Shown piece by piece: positions 24,931 to 34,170 of a stretch of 57,529 bases of DNA. The first letter of the stretch is position 1, and each line of letters begins with the position of its first letter. The DNA lies in contig CAZUIL010000004.1 in assembly GCA_964620175.1 (NCBI GenBank), positions 1 through 57,529 on the forward strand. Reading direction: 5' to 3'. Below the pieces are notes generated by a model. It was not told where the DNA came from. It searched no databases and saw nothing but the letters and a program-made list of their open reading frames with translations. A program made the translations under genes and the position numbers. This DNA is from an uncultured Candidatus Saccharibacteria bacterium. GTDB lineage: Bacteria; Patescibacteriota; Saccharimonadia; Saccharimonadales; CAYZZS01.

Positions 24931-26313
24931 TCAGTTGCCTTCCTTTTGATGTTTGTGCCGGGGCGCTGCCCTGTCAAAGAACCAGAATCTTACAGGCGAG
25001 CCGGTAAAGTCCCAATGTTCACGGAAATCACGTTCCATAAAGCGTTTGTAGCTCCAGTGGAGGAACTTGGTATGTGCGCCAAAGATTTTGAAGTTTGGCG
25101 TAGGGTTGTCTGTCTCTTGTACCATGTAGTGCAGTTTTGGCTGGCGGTTTTTTAATCCCGCAGGCGGATGTTTGACGGTGACTGCCTGCAGCCATTTGTT
25201 GAGCTCAGGGGTTGTAATCTTTTGCTCGCGGCGCTGGACGATCTCGCGTGTCAGCTCAAAGAGCCTTGTGACATTTTGTCCGGTAACGGCACTCGTAAAT
25301 ATGAGCGGCGCCCATGGCACGAAGGCATAATCGTGCTGGATTTGCGGGGCAATTTCATCACGGGTAAAGGCGGTTTTTTCAACTGAGTCCCACTTGCTTA
25401 CCACTAAAATGAGCCCCTTGCCAGCCTCTTTTACCATGCCGGCAATTTTTTGGTCGAGCTGGACAGAGAGTTCATTGGCATCGATTAACAGCAGGCAAAC
25501 GTCAGCCTGCTCTATGGCGGCCAAAGCGCGTATCACGCTGAACCGCTCTACGCCTTGCCCTATTTTGCCGCTCCGTCGTATGCCGGCCGTATCCAGCAGC
25601 TCGATCTCTTGGCCTTGATAGCGGACGGTCGCCCGGTTAATATCCCTGGTTGTTCCCGCCCGGTCAGCAACGATAGCCTGTTGTTTTTTCGCGAGCGTAT
25701 TGAAGAGGCGTGACTTGCCAACGTTCGGCCGGCCGAGGAGGGCCAGACGTATCCGATCCGGCGCTTCGCTGATCCGTGCACTCGGGATGTAGTGGGACAA
25801 GGTAGTCAGTAGCTCATCAATGCCCCGGTTCTGGGTGGTGCTTGTTGCGAGGATTGGCTTAATACCCAGACGTTCAAAGTATGACAGGTCCACGCCCTTT
25901 GCCTTATCGATCTTATTGACGATCAAAAACACCGGCTTTTTGCTTCTTAGAGCCATTTTGGCGACCCGGCGGTCCTCCTCGTTGATGATGGTATCGGCTT
26001 CGACAACTACCCAAATAATATCCGCACTGTCGGCTGCCTGTTGGATTTGCTCTTGGATCGTAAACTCAAACTTGTCCTCCGGGTCTTTCACCCCTGCCGT
26101 ATCGACGAGCCAGAAATCCTGCTGCCCGGCCTTATCTTCTTTGCTGCCAGCGGTGCTCGGCAGCGAGGCTTTCGCCATGATGCTGTCCCGGGTCGTTCCT
26201 GCTTCGGCGGCAACTATCGCCTCCCGGCGCTCAAGCACAGCATTAAACAGACTGGACTTGCCGACATTGGCACGTCCGACTATCGCGACGATGGGCGCTT
26301 TACGGGTACTCAT
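24931..26313 (-). CDS. der: ribosome-biogenesis GTPase Der (EngA)
   Basis: Two tandem GTPase domains (GRANVGKSSLFN and GRPNVGKSRLFN P-loops; DTAG motifs) plus a KH-like C-terminus. Confidence 0.95.
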   Translation of the reverse strand: MSTRKAPIVAIVGRANVGKSSLFNAVLERREAIVAAEAGTTRDSIMAKASLPSTAGSKEDKAGQQDFWLVDTAGVKDPEDKFEFTIQEQIQQAADSADIIWVVVEADTIINEEDRRVAKMALRSKKPVFLIVNKIDKAKGVDLSYFERLGIKPILATSTTQNRGIDELLTTLSHYIPSARISEAPDRIRLALLGRPNVGKSRLFNTLAKKQQAIVADRAGTTRDINRATVRYQGQEIELLDTAGIRRSGKIGQGVERFSVIRALAAIEQADVCLLLIDANELSVQLDQKIAGMVKEAGKGLILVVSKWDSVEKTAFTRDEIAPQIQHDYAFVPWAPLIFTSAVTGQNVTRLFELTREIVQRREQKITTPELNKWLQAVTVKHPPAGLKNRQPKLHYMVQETDNPTPNFKIFGAHTKFLHWSYKRFMERDFREHWDFTGSPVRFWFFDRAAPRHKHQKEGN

Positions 26314-26325
26314 ATGTTCTATATT

Positions 26326-26985
26326 TTACAATAATTCTCTCAATTTGCCACTGTTTAGCGTTCCCAGCAGGTATGGCCCGAAGGCGGTCCGGTGTAAACG
26401 CATTACCCGGTATCCGAGTGCGTTGAAAGTCCGGCGTATTTGCCGGTTTCGGCCTTCGCTCATTGTTACCTGCCACCGTTTGCCGGTTGCGTCGAGCGGC
26501 GCAAGCATAAGCTTGCTTAATCCGTCGTCCAGCTGGACGCCTCGATCCGTTATGTGCGTCTTATCGGCGTCAGTGAGCGGCTTGTGGACGTCTACCTCAT
26601 AGGTTTTGTTCTTTGCATACCTCGGGTGCGTAAGCCGGTTGGCAAATTCGCCGTCGTTGGTGAGCAGCAGCAGTCCGGACGAGTTTTTATCGAGCCGCCC
26701 GACCGGTTTTAGGTCCTGGTACTCCGCCGGCAAAAGGTCGTAGATTGTCTTGCTTCCCTGCCCGCTTCGGCTCACCACGTAGCCCTCCGGTTTGTTCAGT
26801 GCCACGCTCCTGGTTTTGTGAGGGACAATTGTCCGGCCGCTGAGCATAACCGTATCATTTGGGGCCACTACCCTGCCAAGGTCTGCCACAGTACCATTAA
26901 TAGTTACTTGGGCGTTACGTATATATTCCTCGGCTTTCCGGCGCGATAAGCCGGTAGACAGCGCGACATAACGGTTGATTCTCAT
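26326..26985 (-). CDS. RsuA/RluB-family pseudouridine synthase with S4 domain
   Basis: N-terminal S4 domain (RINRYVALSTGLSRRKAEEYI) and the catalytic motif GRLDKNSSGLLLLTNDG. Confidence 0.85.
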   Translation of the reverse strand: MRINRYVALSTGLSRRKAEEYIRNAQVTINGTVADLGRVVAPNDTVMLSGRTIVPHKTRSVALNKPEGYVVSRSGQGSKTIYDLLPAEYQDLKPVGRLDKNSSGLLLLTNDGEFANRLTHPRYAKNKTYEVDVHKPLTDADKTHITDRGVQLDDGLSKLMLAPLDATGKRWQVTMSEGRNRQIRRTFNALGYRVMRLHRTAFGPYLLGTLNSGKLRELL

Positions 26986-27099
26986 TCAATAAGTGTCGCA
27001 CCTGTCAGGCGTTTCGGGCAAGTCATTTACTGCAGTTCCCGTTACTGCGCCGCACAGGGCCAGTGCGTCGAGGACCCTTTCAGTTATGCGGACAGGCAG

Positions 27100-28242
27100 C
27101 TACAGGGAGATTGAATTAGGGTCGGTGCCGGTTTGCGGAGGCATAATTTCTCCACCGGGAGCGGCAACGCCATTCTGCTGGTTGTTTAGTGCGCTTTTTC
27201 GTTCCTCTTCCTCAAGCAGCTTCTGTAAATCTGGCTTTTTGTTCACAAAATCAGAGATGGGCTGGATAACCTTCTTGCCGGCCACTTGTGAGTTCTCACT
27301 CTTCGTTTGATCAGCCGGAGGCGCGGGCGTCATATCCGCAGCGGGTTCGGGCTGTCCGGCCGGTGGTTGTGCGGGCGCCGCAGTATCACTTGCCGGTTGG
27401 CTTGTTCCGGCAACTAAATTGTCTACAGCCTGGGCGACGATATTACTGTCGGCTCCGCTTGCTGTGGCGGGCGGCGGGTTCCCGCTCGCCGGCTGGGCAG
27501 GTTGTGCCGGAGTGTCGGCAGAAGTGCTGAGCGTGGGGTTCGAGGCGATGAAGTCCTGGATCTGCTTATCAATAGTCGCTGCCTCTTCAGCGGTGGTTTG
27601 ACTGATGTCTGCCGGTGGTTGTGCAGGCGCTGACACTGGCGCAGGATCGGCGGGCGGCGGAGTGCTGCTGGCTACCGGCTGGTCTGCTGGCGGCTGTGCC
27701 AAAGCAGGTGCCGGAGCTTCGGCCGGTGCCGGTTGGGCAGCTGCAGGCTGTGGCGGCGGACTGTCCGTTGCAGCTGGTTGCGCGGCTGCCGTGGTTGCAG
27801 GAGTAGCGGCATCAGCTTGCGGGGCGGAAGGAACAGCTGTGGTATCGGCCGGTGCCGCTGGTGGCTGGCTGTCATTGCCTTCCAATACGTCACGCGCTGT
27901 CTTTGCCACGTCTTCCAGCGTAACCTGGGATTTAACCAAGTATCGGTCAGCCCCAAGTTTGTTGGCGCGGCTTTTGTCCTCAGCTTGGCTGAGTGCAGTC
28001 ATCATGATCACCTTCGTGTCCCTAATCTCAGGGGTACTGCGGAGAATGTCGAGCATATCGAAACCACTGATTTTCGGCATCATGACATCTGCAATAATAA
28101 GGTCCGGCTTCTCTTTTACAGCCAGGGCAAGCGCCTCTTCACCATCCTTGGCTGAAACGATCTCATAACCTTCGGCTAAGAGGCGTGCCTCGTATATTTC
28201 CCTCAGATTGTTGTCGTCCTCGACGAGCATGATTTTTGCCAT
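27100..28242 (-). CDS. response regulator: receiver domain fused to a ~200-aa Pro/Ala/Gln-rich low-complexity region and a short conserved-looking C-terminal module
   Basis: The REC domain is MAKIMLVEDD...DLIIADVMMP...MMTAL...KLGADRYLVK. It is followed by P/A/Q/T-rich sequence. I recognise no DNA-binding or enzymatic output domain. Confidence 0.8.
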   Translation of the reverse strand: MAKIMLVEDDNNLREIYEARLLAEGYEIVSAKDGEEALALAVKEKPDLIIADVMMPKISGFDMLDILRSTPEIRDTKVIMMTALSQAEDKSRANKLGADRYLVKSQVTLEDVAKTARDVLEGNDSQPPAAPADTTAVPSAPQADAATPATTAAAQPAATDSPPPQPAAAQPAPAEAPAPALAQPPADQPVASSTPPPADPAPVSAPAQPPADISQTTAEEAATIDKQIQDFIASNPTLSTSADTPAQPAQPASGNPPPATASGADSNIVAQAVDNLVAGTSQPASDTAAPAQPPAGQPEPAADMTPAPPADQTKSENSQVAGKKVIQPISDFVNKKPDLQKLLEEEERKSALNNQQNGVAAPGGEIMPPQTGTDPNSISL

Positions 28243-28294
28243 TGTTTTGGTTCCCCTGTTCCTAACGTTGTAGCTTATGTTTAACGGTATTGTA

Positions 28295-30073
28295 TCATGA
28301 TACGGGCGTTAATGGAGGCATTGCCGAAGGCATCGGTATTTTGCCCTTTTCGGCTGCCTGCAGCTCGGTTGCTTTCTGGGTCGACAGGCGGGGCAAGTTG
28401 ATGTAGAAGATAGTGCCTTTAGCCAGTTCGCTTTCTACCCAAATGCGGCCGTTATATAGCTCCACGATTTTGCGGCAAATGAACAAGCCCAGGCCGGTTC
28501 CGCCAACCGTGCGGGTCGCTGTGTTATCGACACGGTAAAACTTTTGGAACAAGTGTGGGATGTCTTCACTCGGGATACCCGCACCGGTATCTTTGACATA
28601 GAACTGGACTATGTCCTTGTCGCCGGTAAGCCCGATGGTTATTTTCCCTGACTCGGTGTATTTCACGGCGTTATCAAACAGGTTCGTAATGACTTCCCGC
28701 AAACGGTCAGTATCGGCGTTGACGTAGTAGAGCGGGCGTACGACCTTATTGCCGCCCAGCGTATTGCCGGCATGGCTGGCATCGATCGTCGCTTCGCTGG
28801 AACCGGTGACGAATTCCATAAACAAGCCTTTCTTTTCAGCGGCAAACTTGAGGTCTTCAGTAAGCTTCTCCAGGAATTCGCCCATTTCAATCGGCACCGG
28901 ATGGTTGCTGAGCCGGCCATCCTCGGCTTTGGCGGATGTCAGCAAATCCTGGAACAATTTGCCCAGATGCTTGGTGGAAATATGTGCTTTCTCAAGGTAG
29001 GACCGGGCATTGCTGTCAATTTTACTGACTTTGTCATTCAGAGCGAGTGCCAGGTATCCCTCGATAGCGGCGACAGGCGTGCGCATTTCGTGCGAGGCGG
29101 TGCTGATAAATTCGGCGCGCCGTGCTTCTTCGAGACGTTCCTTACTGACATCCCTGAAGACGCCGATAATATTCTCCGTTTGGGACCCTTGGGCGTCGAC
29201 AAGCATCGAGGCGTCTACCACCACCGATATGAATTTGCCGGATTTGGTTTCCAGCACGGCGTTGTTATCACGCACAGGGGTTTTGCGTTGCTCGGCGGCC
29301 TGGAATGGATCTTTATCGGGCGTGTATGGCTTGTGCTCAGCGTCCCGCAGCTTCAACACTGCCTGGTACGAAATGCCAACGGCATCAGACACTTCCCAGC
29401 CGGTAATTTTTGCTGCAGCTGGATTCATGTACTGGATAGCACCTTGCTGGTCTACCACAATGACGCCGTCGTTAATTGAGTTCAGGATGAACTCGGTTTT
29501 AAGCTGTTCCTTCTTGAGTTGGCTGACGACCCGGTTGTTGCCGCCGCTATTTGGCGTTTGCTGCCCGTAAAAGTTACGCCACACCAACCAGCCGACTATT
29601 GCCGCCGACCAGTTCACTGAAAGCGTGATGACCGCTTCCTTTAAGCCGCTTTGGCTAGTAAACACACCGGCCGCTATCAGCCCGAAGCCAATTGTCTCTA
29701 GGATAATCGGCAAGAAGAGCGCGTAGGCTCCTAACATGCCGCCAAAGAAGCTGGTAACTGCCCAGAATATATAAAAGTGCGAACTGTGGTTGCCGGTTGC
29801 CACGGTAGCGGCTGCGAACGTTAGGATGAGCAGTGTGTGCGGAACGATGTAGGCCGACCAGTAGTGACGTTTCTTCACAATATGGAACAGCGATGAAGAA
29901 TAGAGCAAGTAGACAGCGCCAATGGCAGCGGGAACTGGCGTGTCGCCGACTATTTGCAGCAAGAAGTCAATTTTCGCAAATTTAGCCGTGAGATAGCCAG
30001 CAATAACCAGTATGGTGGCTATGGAGTATGCGAAATGGAGCTTGCGTAGCCATGGCTCCGGAACATGTTTCAT
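28295..30073 (-). CDS. membrane sensor histidine kinase with PAS domain
   Basis: Multi-TM N-terminus, a PAS domain (INDGVIVVDQQGAIQYMNPAAAKITGW), the HisKA H-box (SHEMRTPVAAIEGY) and HATPase_c N/G boxes. Confidence 0.85.
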   Translation of the reverse strand: MKHVPEPWLRKLHFAYSIATILVIAGYLTAKFAKIDFLLQIVGDTPVPAAIGAVYLLYSSSLFHIVKKRHYWSAYIVPHTLLILTFAAATVATGNHSSHFYIFWAVTSFFGGMLGAYALFLPIILETIGFGLIAAGVFTSQSGLKEAVITLSVNWSAAIVGWLVWRNFYGQQTPNSGGNNRVVSQLKKEQLKTEFILNSINDGVIVVDQQGAIQYMNPAAAKITGWEVSDAVGISYQAVLKLRDAEHKPYTPDKDPFQAAEQRKTPVRDNNAVLETKSGKFISVVVDASMLVDAQGSQTENIIGVFRDVSKERLEEARRAEFISTASHEMRTPVAAIEGYLALALNDKVSKIDSNARSYLEKAHISTKHLGKLFQDLLTSAKAEDGRLSNHPVPIEMGEFLEKLTEDLKFAAEKKGLFMEFVTGSSEATIDASHAGNTLGGNKVVRPLYYVNADTDRLREVITNLFDNAVKYTESGKITIGLTGDKDIVQFYVKDTGAGIPSEDIPHLFQKFYRVDNTATRTVGGTGLGLFICRKIVELYNGRIWVESELAKGTIFYINLPRLSTQKATELQAAEKGKIPMPSAMPPLTPVS

Positions 30074-30165
30074 GTTTGTTAGGCCTGCTATGGTTAACCA
30101 TAATCATTATCTCTGTTTTGCCCATTATTTACAAACCCGGGTAAATGGATTTTTATAAGGTGTTA

Positions 30166-30174
30166 TGCTAAAAT
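30166..30174 (+). promoter_or_regulatory. extended -10 element (TGCTAAAAT) upstream of tRNA-Glu
   Basis: TG at 30166-30167 and TAAAAT at 30169-30174, 24 nt before the mature tRNA 5' end. Confidence 0.5.
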
Positions 30175-30198
30175 CTACCAGATTAGCTGTCTTCGCAC

Positions 30199-30272
<74 letters not shown>

Positions 30273-30274
<2 letters not shown>

Positions 30275-30310
30275 TGAAATAAGATCACCGCTTGGTGGTC
30301 TTATTTCATG
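30273..30310 (+). other. 17-bp near-perfect hairpin abutting the tRNA-Glu 3' end
   Basis: CATGAAATAAGATCACC (30273-30289), loop GCTT, GGTGGTCTTATTTCATG (30294-30310), with one G-U pair. No U-tract follows. Confidence 0.75.
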
Positions 30311-30426
30311 GCAATTCATTAGAGTTGACTCGAACCCGAGAGGGCGGACAGCCAAAGTCTTGGCTGTACGTTTTCCTTGCTTGGCCGAGCAGATAGGCTT
30401 TAGCCGTTTGCGAGCATTTTATGAAG

Positions 30427-30447
30427 CGAGTCCCCTTGGGGTCACCA
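30427..30447 (+). repeat. exact 21-nt direct copy of the tRNA-Glu 3' end
   Basis: CGAGTCCCCTTGGGGTCACCA at 30427-30447 is identical to 30254-30274. It is followed by a small hairpin plus T-run. Confidence 0.9.
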
Positions 30448-30545
30448 GCAAAATGCCTCACTCTTGTAGTGGGGCTTTTTACTGGTTAGTTCTTGAGCTT
30501 GAGCCCCTGTTGCCCAACAGGGTGAGAACTGCCGGTGGCAGTTTA

Positions 30546-30572
30546 AAAGGACGCCGGTTCAGGCGTCCTTTT
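30546..30572. terminator. bidirectional intrinsic terminator
   Basis: AAAAGGACGCC-ggttca-GGCGTCCTTTT, a stem flanked by A- and T-runs. It lies downstream of the minus-strand gene that ends at 30594. Confidence 0.7.
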
Positions 30573-30593
30573 ATCTTTAGTAGGCTACTGCGG

Positions 30594-31610
30594 CTAGTTG
30601 TTTAGCCCGACGTTGGTGCCGTTGCCGGCTGTGTTGCCTGCCGAACCGCTACCTGCGCCGTTGCCAGAGGTATTGTTTTTAACAGTTGCGTTACCGCTCT
30701 TGGCGTTTTGCGAAGTATTATTGGTTACCACAACGTTGTTGGTGTTATTGACTTTGTAGTCTGTCTTGGTTACATAGGTGATGGAATTGTCAGATTTTGG
30801 CCCCGTGTTGTTGATGGAAGCGTTATTGGAAGGCTTGTCACCACCGTCATTGCTGCCTTTGCCACCGCTGCCTGGATTCTTGGCATCAACCTTAGTTGTA
30901 TTTTGTGAGCCGTTAGAGGCACTGCCTGTTGCACCATGACCGCCACTGGTGTTGTAGCCGCTGAAGGCGTTACCGCTCACTGCTCCTTGGCGGGTGTCAT
31001 TGCTGCCTAGGATGTTGTTGCGGTTTTCGATATCAGTTTTGCTGCCAAGCACACCGTTAATGTGGTTGTCTGAACCAGGACCGGTCGTATCGATTGTGCC
31101 GCCGTTCTTGCTGCCTGGGAAGTTGCAAACTCCCTCTTCCCCGCCGCTGTTGTCGATGACGACAGTCGTGTTGTTGCTGCTGACGTTCGTGGCGTCACCG
31201 GTGGTTGCTGAACCGCCACCGCTGAGCGAACCCCAGTTACTCTTCCATGAACCGCTGTTCTGCTTCATATAGCTGGTGAAGGCACTATGCCATTGGTCGT
31301 AGGAGTAGCCCTTGGCTTGCCAGACGGCAGGATCCCAGCTGCCCCAGTTCGTAGAAAAGGCACCGGTATTGCCGGCTACGGTCGCGTCACCAGTCCGGGC
31401 AAACTGGTTGGTATCATTATCGACCGAGACATTGTTGCGGTTTTCGATGTCGCAGTCGTAATCGACTTCATAACTAATTGAATTGTCTGACCCTGGGCCA
31501 GTGTTTTTAATTGTTGCGTTGTTCGCTGACACCGGAGTAAATCCGAGAAACGATGCACTAACAGATGCGACGAGCACAGCCATAGCGCGTGAGAAGTATT
31601 TCTTCTTCAT
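30594..31610 (-). CDS. secreted Asn/Gly/Ser-rich protein with three NTGP(G/K)SDN-type repeat modules
   Basis: A signal peptide (MKKKYFSRAMAVLVASVSASFLGFTPVSA) is followed by three ~55-aa modules: I.NTGPGSDN.I....D..IEN.NNV...N.T.Q.A.SG.A.....NT. Confidence 0.7.
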   Translation of the reverse strand: MKKKYFSRAMAVLVASVSASFLGFTPVSANNATIKNTGPGSDNSISYEVDYDCDIENRNNVSVDNDTNQFARTGDATVAGNTGAFSTNWGSWDPAVWQAKGYSYDQWHSAFTSYMKQNSGSWKSNWGSLSGGGSATTGDATNVSSNNTTVVIDNSGGEEGVCNFPGSKNGGTIDTTGPGSDNHINGVLGSKTDIENRNNILGSNDTRQGAVSGNAFSGYNTSGGHGATGSASNGSQNTTKVDAKNPGSGGKGSNDGGDKPSNNASINNTGPKSDNSITYVTKTDYKVNNTNNVVVTNNTSQNAKSGNATVKNNTSGNGAGSGSAGNTAGNGTNVGLNN

Positions 31611-31722
31611 AGGGCACCCTCCTTAATAAGACGTAGCCTTATGGTACCGGCTCGGCATAGGAGGGTCTGTTAGTTATCCGGCATGGCAAAAAACAACATT
31701 CTCCTGCTGTCCAATTCGTTTC

Positions 31723-31995
31723 CTAAGCACGTGCGGCTTCGCAGATCCGTACGAGCGTCCACGTCCAGCTTTCTTGGTCGAACTTAAGGCGGTAGGTATG
31801 GGCACCGTCGGTCATATCGAATAGGCGGATGACCTGGTGCCCCTTCTGGATGAGGTACTGCATACCTGAGTCGAGGAAGGTGATTTCCCTATTGCCATAT
31901 TGGATGCGCTTAGGGAATGTCTTAAATTGTTGCTTGCCCCGGAAATATAATGCGGTAACGGCAATTTCTTTATTGATAGCAGTAGCGTGTCCCAT
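31723..31995 (-). CDS. hypothetical small protein (90 aa)
   Basis: GGGAGG lies 9 nt upstream of the ATG. The gene is preceded by a ~290-nt leader whose 5' part is paralogous to the umuD-like leader. Confidence 0.55.
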   Translation of the reverse strand: MGHATAINKEIAVTALYFRGKQQFKTFPKRIQYGNREITFLDSGMQYLIQKGHQVIRLFDMTDGAHTYRLKFDQESWTWTLVRICEAARA

Positions 31996-32235
31996 AGTGA
32001 ACCTCCCTGTGGTTAAAGCATTGAGGGCGGAATGCTTTATTGAATTGATAAAAGAAAAGAGTGCTGATAAGCGTGAGGCTAATCAGTGAACGGGCTTTGG
32101 AGTATAAACTGTCTGGGCTAAGAACCTGTACCCGTTCAAAACGGTTCCTGTAACCAGAGAGTTGGAGTCTGAGGGTTCCGCAGTGACGCTTTTCCGCTGC
32201 TCGCGGATAGTGTGTGTACGGCCTTTGGTTCACAT

Positions 32236-32301
32236 AAGCTTACGTGTAAGAATCCGGCGATTGTCGGAAGCACGCGTATTGCTGGTAACAATTATATGCC
32301 G
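32236..32301 (-). promoter_or_regulatory. promoter/leader element, copy A (upstream of 31723..31995)
   Basis: The minus strand carries TATAAT (32296-32291). 43 of 66 positions are identical, ungapped, to copy B at 34171-34236 (hand alignment). Confidence 0.45.
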
Positions 32302-32373
32302 TCCGCCTTTCAAAGCACAAGCAAAATCTGATGTGTTATTTAGTATGGTTTGACGCTGGGAATTGAAGTTGAA

Positions 32374-33675
32374 TCAGGGGCGGATCCGTGCCGTCGGTAG
32401 CTCATCCCAGCGGCTGACGTACCGGGGGCTGCGGGTGTGGTGTCGGGGTTCCCATGATGTCCCTAAGCCCTCCGCGGCGAAATGGATCCGGCGTCGGCCA
32501 AACCGGGCGTTGATGGTGTCTACGGCCCGCATAGCACGATGTACTTTCTCATGGTGCTGCACGTCGGTTTGGCCAAACAAATCGGCCTGCAAGTGGTACT
32601 CGGGCACGAAGTCGTATAGCAGTACCCCGGCGCGATGGTACAGCTGCCGGGGACGGTAGATTTCCCTGAGCAAGGCTACTAGTCCATTGGCCAGGGTACC
32701 GGTATCAGCGGTTGGAACCGGCAATTTGGTTTCCTTGCTCCAGCTGCCGTACCCTGGCTTGTGTCTGTTGGTGGTAATGAATACGGCTGCCCGCCTCGCC
32801 AGCTGTCTGGATTTACGGAGGCGGAAAGCTGCTTGCGCGGTAAAGCTTGCAATGGCTGCTTCGAGCACATGGAAGTCTCCGGTGTCTTTCCCGAAGGTCC
32901 TGGTACGGGCAATACTCTTCGCGGCCTTGCCTTCCCTCTCAAGCGGCCAGCAGCTTATGCTGTTCAGTTCGCTCACGAGCTGGCGCCCGTGGATACCCAT
33001 CCAGGCTTGGGCCAGCTGGGGCCTGACCTGGGCTAAATGCCAGGCGGTCATAATGCCCTGCGCCTTTAGCTTGGGAGCCAGCCGCCAGCCGATGCCCCAT
33101 ACATCGCTGATGGGGGTGTTTTTCAGGTAACGCGCAAGCTGGTCCGGCGTGCAGCGCACTGTATCAACCGCCCCACCGTGTTCGGGCTGATGCTTGGCTT
33201 GTTCGGTAGCGATTTTGGCGAGTGTTTTTGTCGGGGCAATCCCCACTGAAACCGGAATGCCGATTTCCCTGAGTATCCTGGCTCTCAGCATGCTTCCCCA
33301 AGCGGCGTAATCACTGATACCGAGCTGGCTGATATCTAAAAACGATTCATCGACCGAGTAAATTTCGATCCGTGGCGTTACCTCGGCGAGGATTGAAGTG
33401 ACCCGGCTGGACATATCGCCATACAGCTCGAAATTAGCGGAAAACCGTACTACCTTGTGCCGCTCAAAAACCGAACGGTATTTAAAAGCCGGCGCGCCCA
33501 TCGGTATGCCGAGGGCTTTTGCTTCATTAGATCGCGCCACGGCGCAGCCGTCGTTGCTGGATAGGACGACCACCGGCTTGCCTTCCAGGTCAGGCCGAAA
33601 TACCCGTTCACAGCTTACGAAGAAGTTGTTGCAGTCGATGAGCGCGAAAACCGGGGGCTGTTTTACGCGGTTCAT
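32374..33675 (-). CDS. umuC: Y-family translesion DNA polymerase, UmuC-like
   Basis: From ATG 33675 the protein reads [57 protein letters not shown]...[11 protein letters not shown], which is collinear with the E. coli UmuC N-terminus. The start overlaps the upstream stop codon as ATGA. Confidence 0.85.
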   Translation of the reverse strand: MNRVKQPPVFALIDCNNFFVSCERVFRPDLEGKPVVVLSSNDGCAVARSNEAKALGIPMGAPAFKYRSVFERHKVVRFSANFELYGDMSSRVTSILAEVTPRIEIYSVDESFLDISQLGISDYAAWGSMLRARILREIGIPVSVGIAPTKTLAKIATEQAKHQPEHGGAVDTVRCTPDQLARYLKNTPISDVWGIGWRLAPKLKAQGIMTAWHLAQVRPQLAQAWMGIHGRQLVSELNSISCWPLEREGKAAKSIARTRTFGKDTGDFHVLEAAIASFTAQAAFRLRKSRQLARRAAVFITTNRHKPGYGSWSKETKLPVPTADTGTLANGLVALLREIYRPRQLYHRAGVLLYDFVPEYHLQADLFGQTDVQHHEKVHRAMRAVDTINARFGRRRIHFAAEGLGTSWEPRHHTRSPRYVSRWDELPTARIRP

Positions 33676-34007
33676 GGCCGGTACCGGTGGATGACAGCAG
33701 TCACCACTCCCCATATTTGGCTGCCAGGGCGGCTGCGGGACAACGTAGAAATGCAAAACTCACCACCGCCCCACCACACTACTAGATCGTTGGCTGACGC
33801 ATCGAGCGCCCGGTCCACGACCGCAATATCACCGTCAAAAACTCCAACATTGCCCCATTGGTCACCAGCGACACCCATGAAAAAGGTGCTGGCCGGCCGT
33901 TTGACCAGTAATTGGTGGATATCAAGTGCCTGCAGGCTGCGGTCGGTTGCGGGATTCGGGAAACCGCTATGGACAGATACGCCGTTAGGTTGGCTTTGTT
34001 CACGCAT
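33672..34007 (-). CDS. UmuD-like S24-fold protein lacking the Ser/Lys catalytic dyad
   Basis: The start is set at ATG 34007 (GAGGAGG 5 nt upstream). The protein aligns with E. coli UmuD from GFPSPA onward, but GDSM is GDQW and TVKKL is CISTL. Confidence 0.7.
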   Translation of the reverse strand: MREQSQPNGVSVHSGFPNPATDRSLQALDIHQLLVKRPASTFFMGVAGDQWGNVGVFDGDIAVVDRALDASANDLVVWWGGGEFCISTLSRSRPGSQIWGVVTAVIHRYRP

Positions 34008-34170
34008 AAGACCTCCTCGCCCTCTGACTGCGGGCACGCATGGCATCATGCCGCTAACATACGTCGCTCCGTGCGTCGGGCTTTACTAGCTATCAAAAAA
34101 GCATAAGGATTCGGAGTGGTGAGGCTTAGGGCGAGTCGGGTATGCCGAACCGCGGTGATATACGTGCAAC

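Noticed and set aside
27288-28168. Several plus-strand ORFs (60-187 aa) rich in Ala/Gly/Cys/Arg
   Set aside because: They are shadow ORFs antisense to the GC-rich Pro/Ala-coding low-complexity region of the response regulator gene 27100..28242.
30311-30426. A possible minus-strand tRNA, suggested by GGGTTCGAGTC and an 8-bp hairpin
   Set aside because: The T-stem flanks are not complementary. The hairpin gives an even-sized (4/6/8 nt) loop rather than a 7-nt anticodon loop, and no acceptor stem can be formed. It is more likely a decayed fragment.
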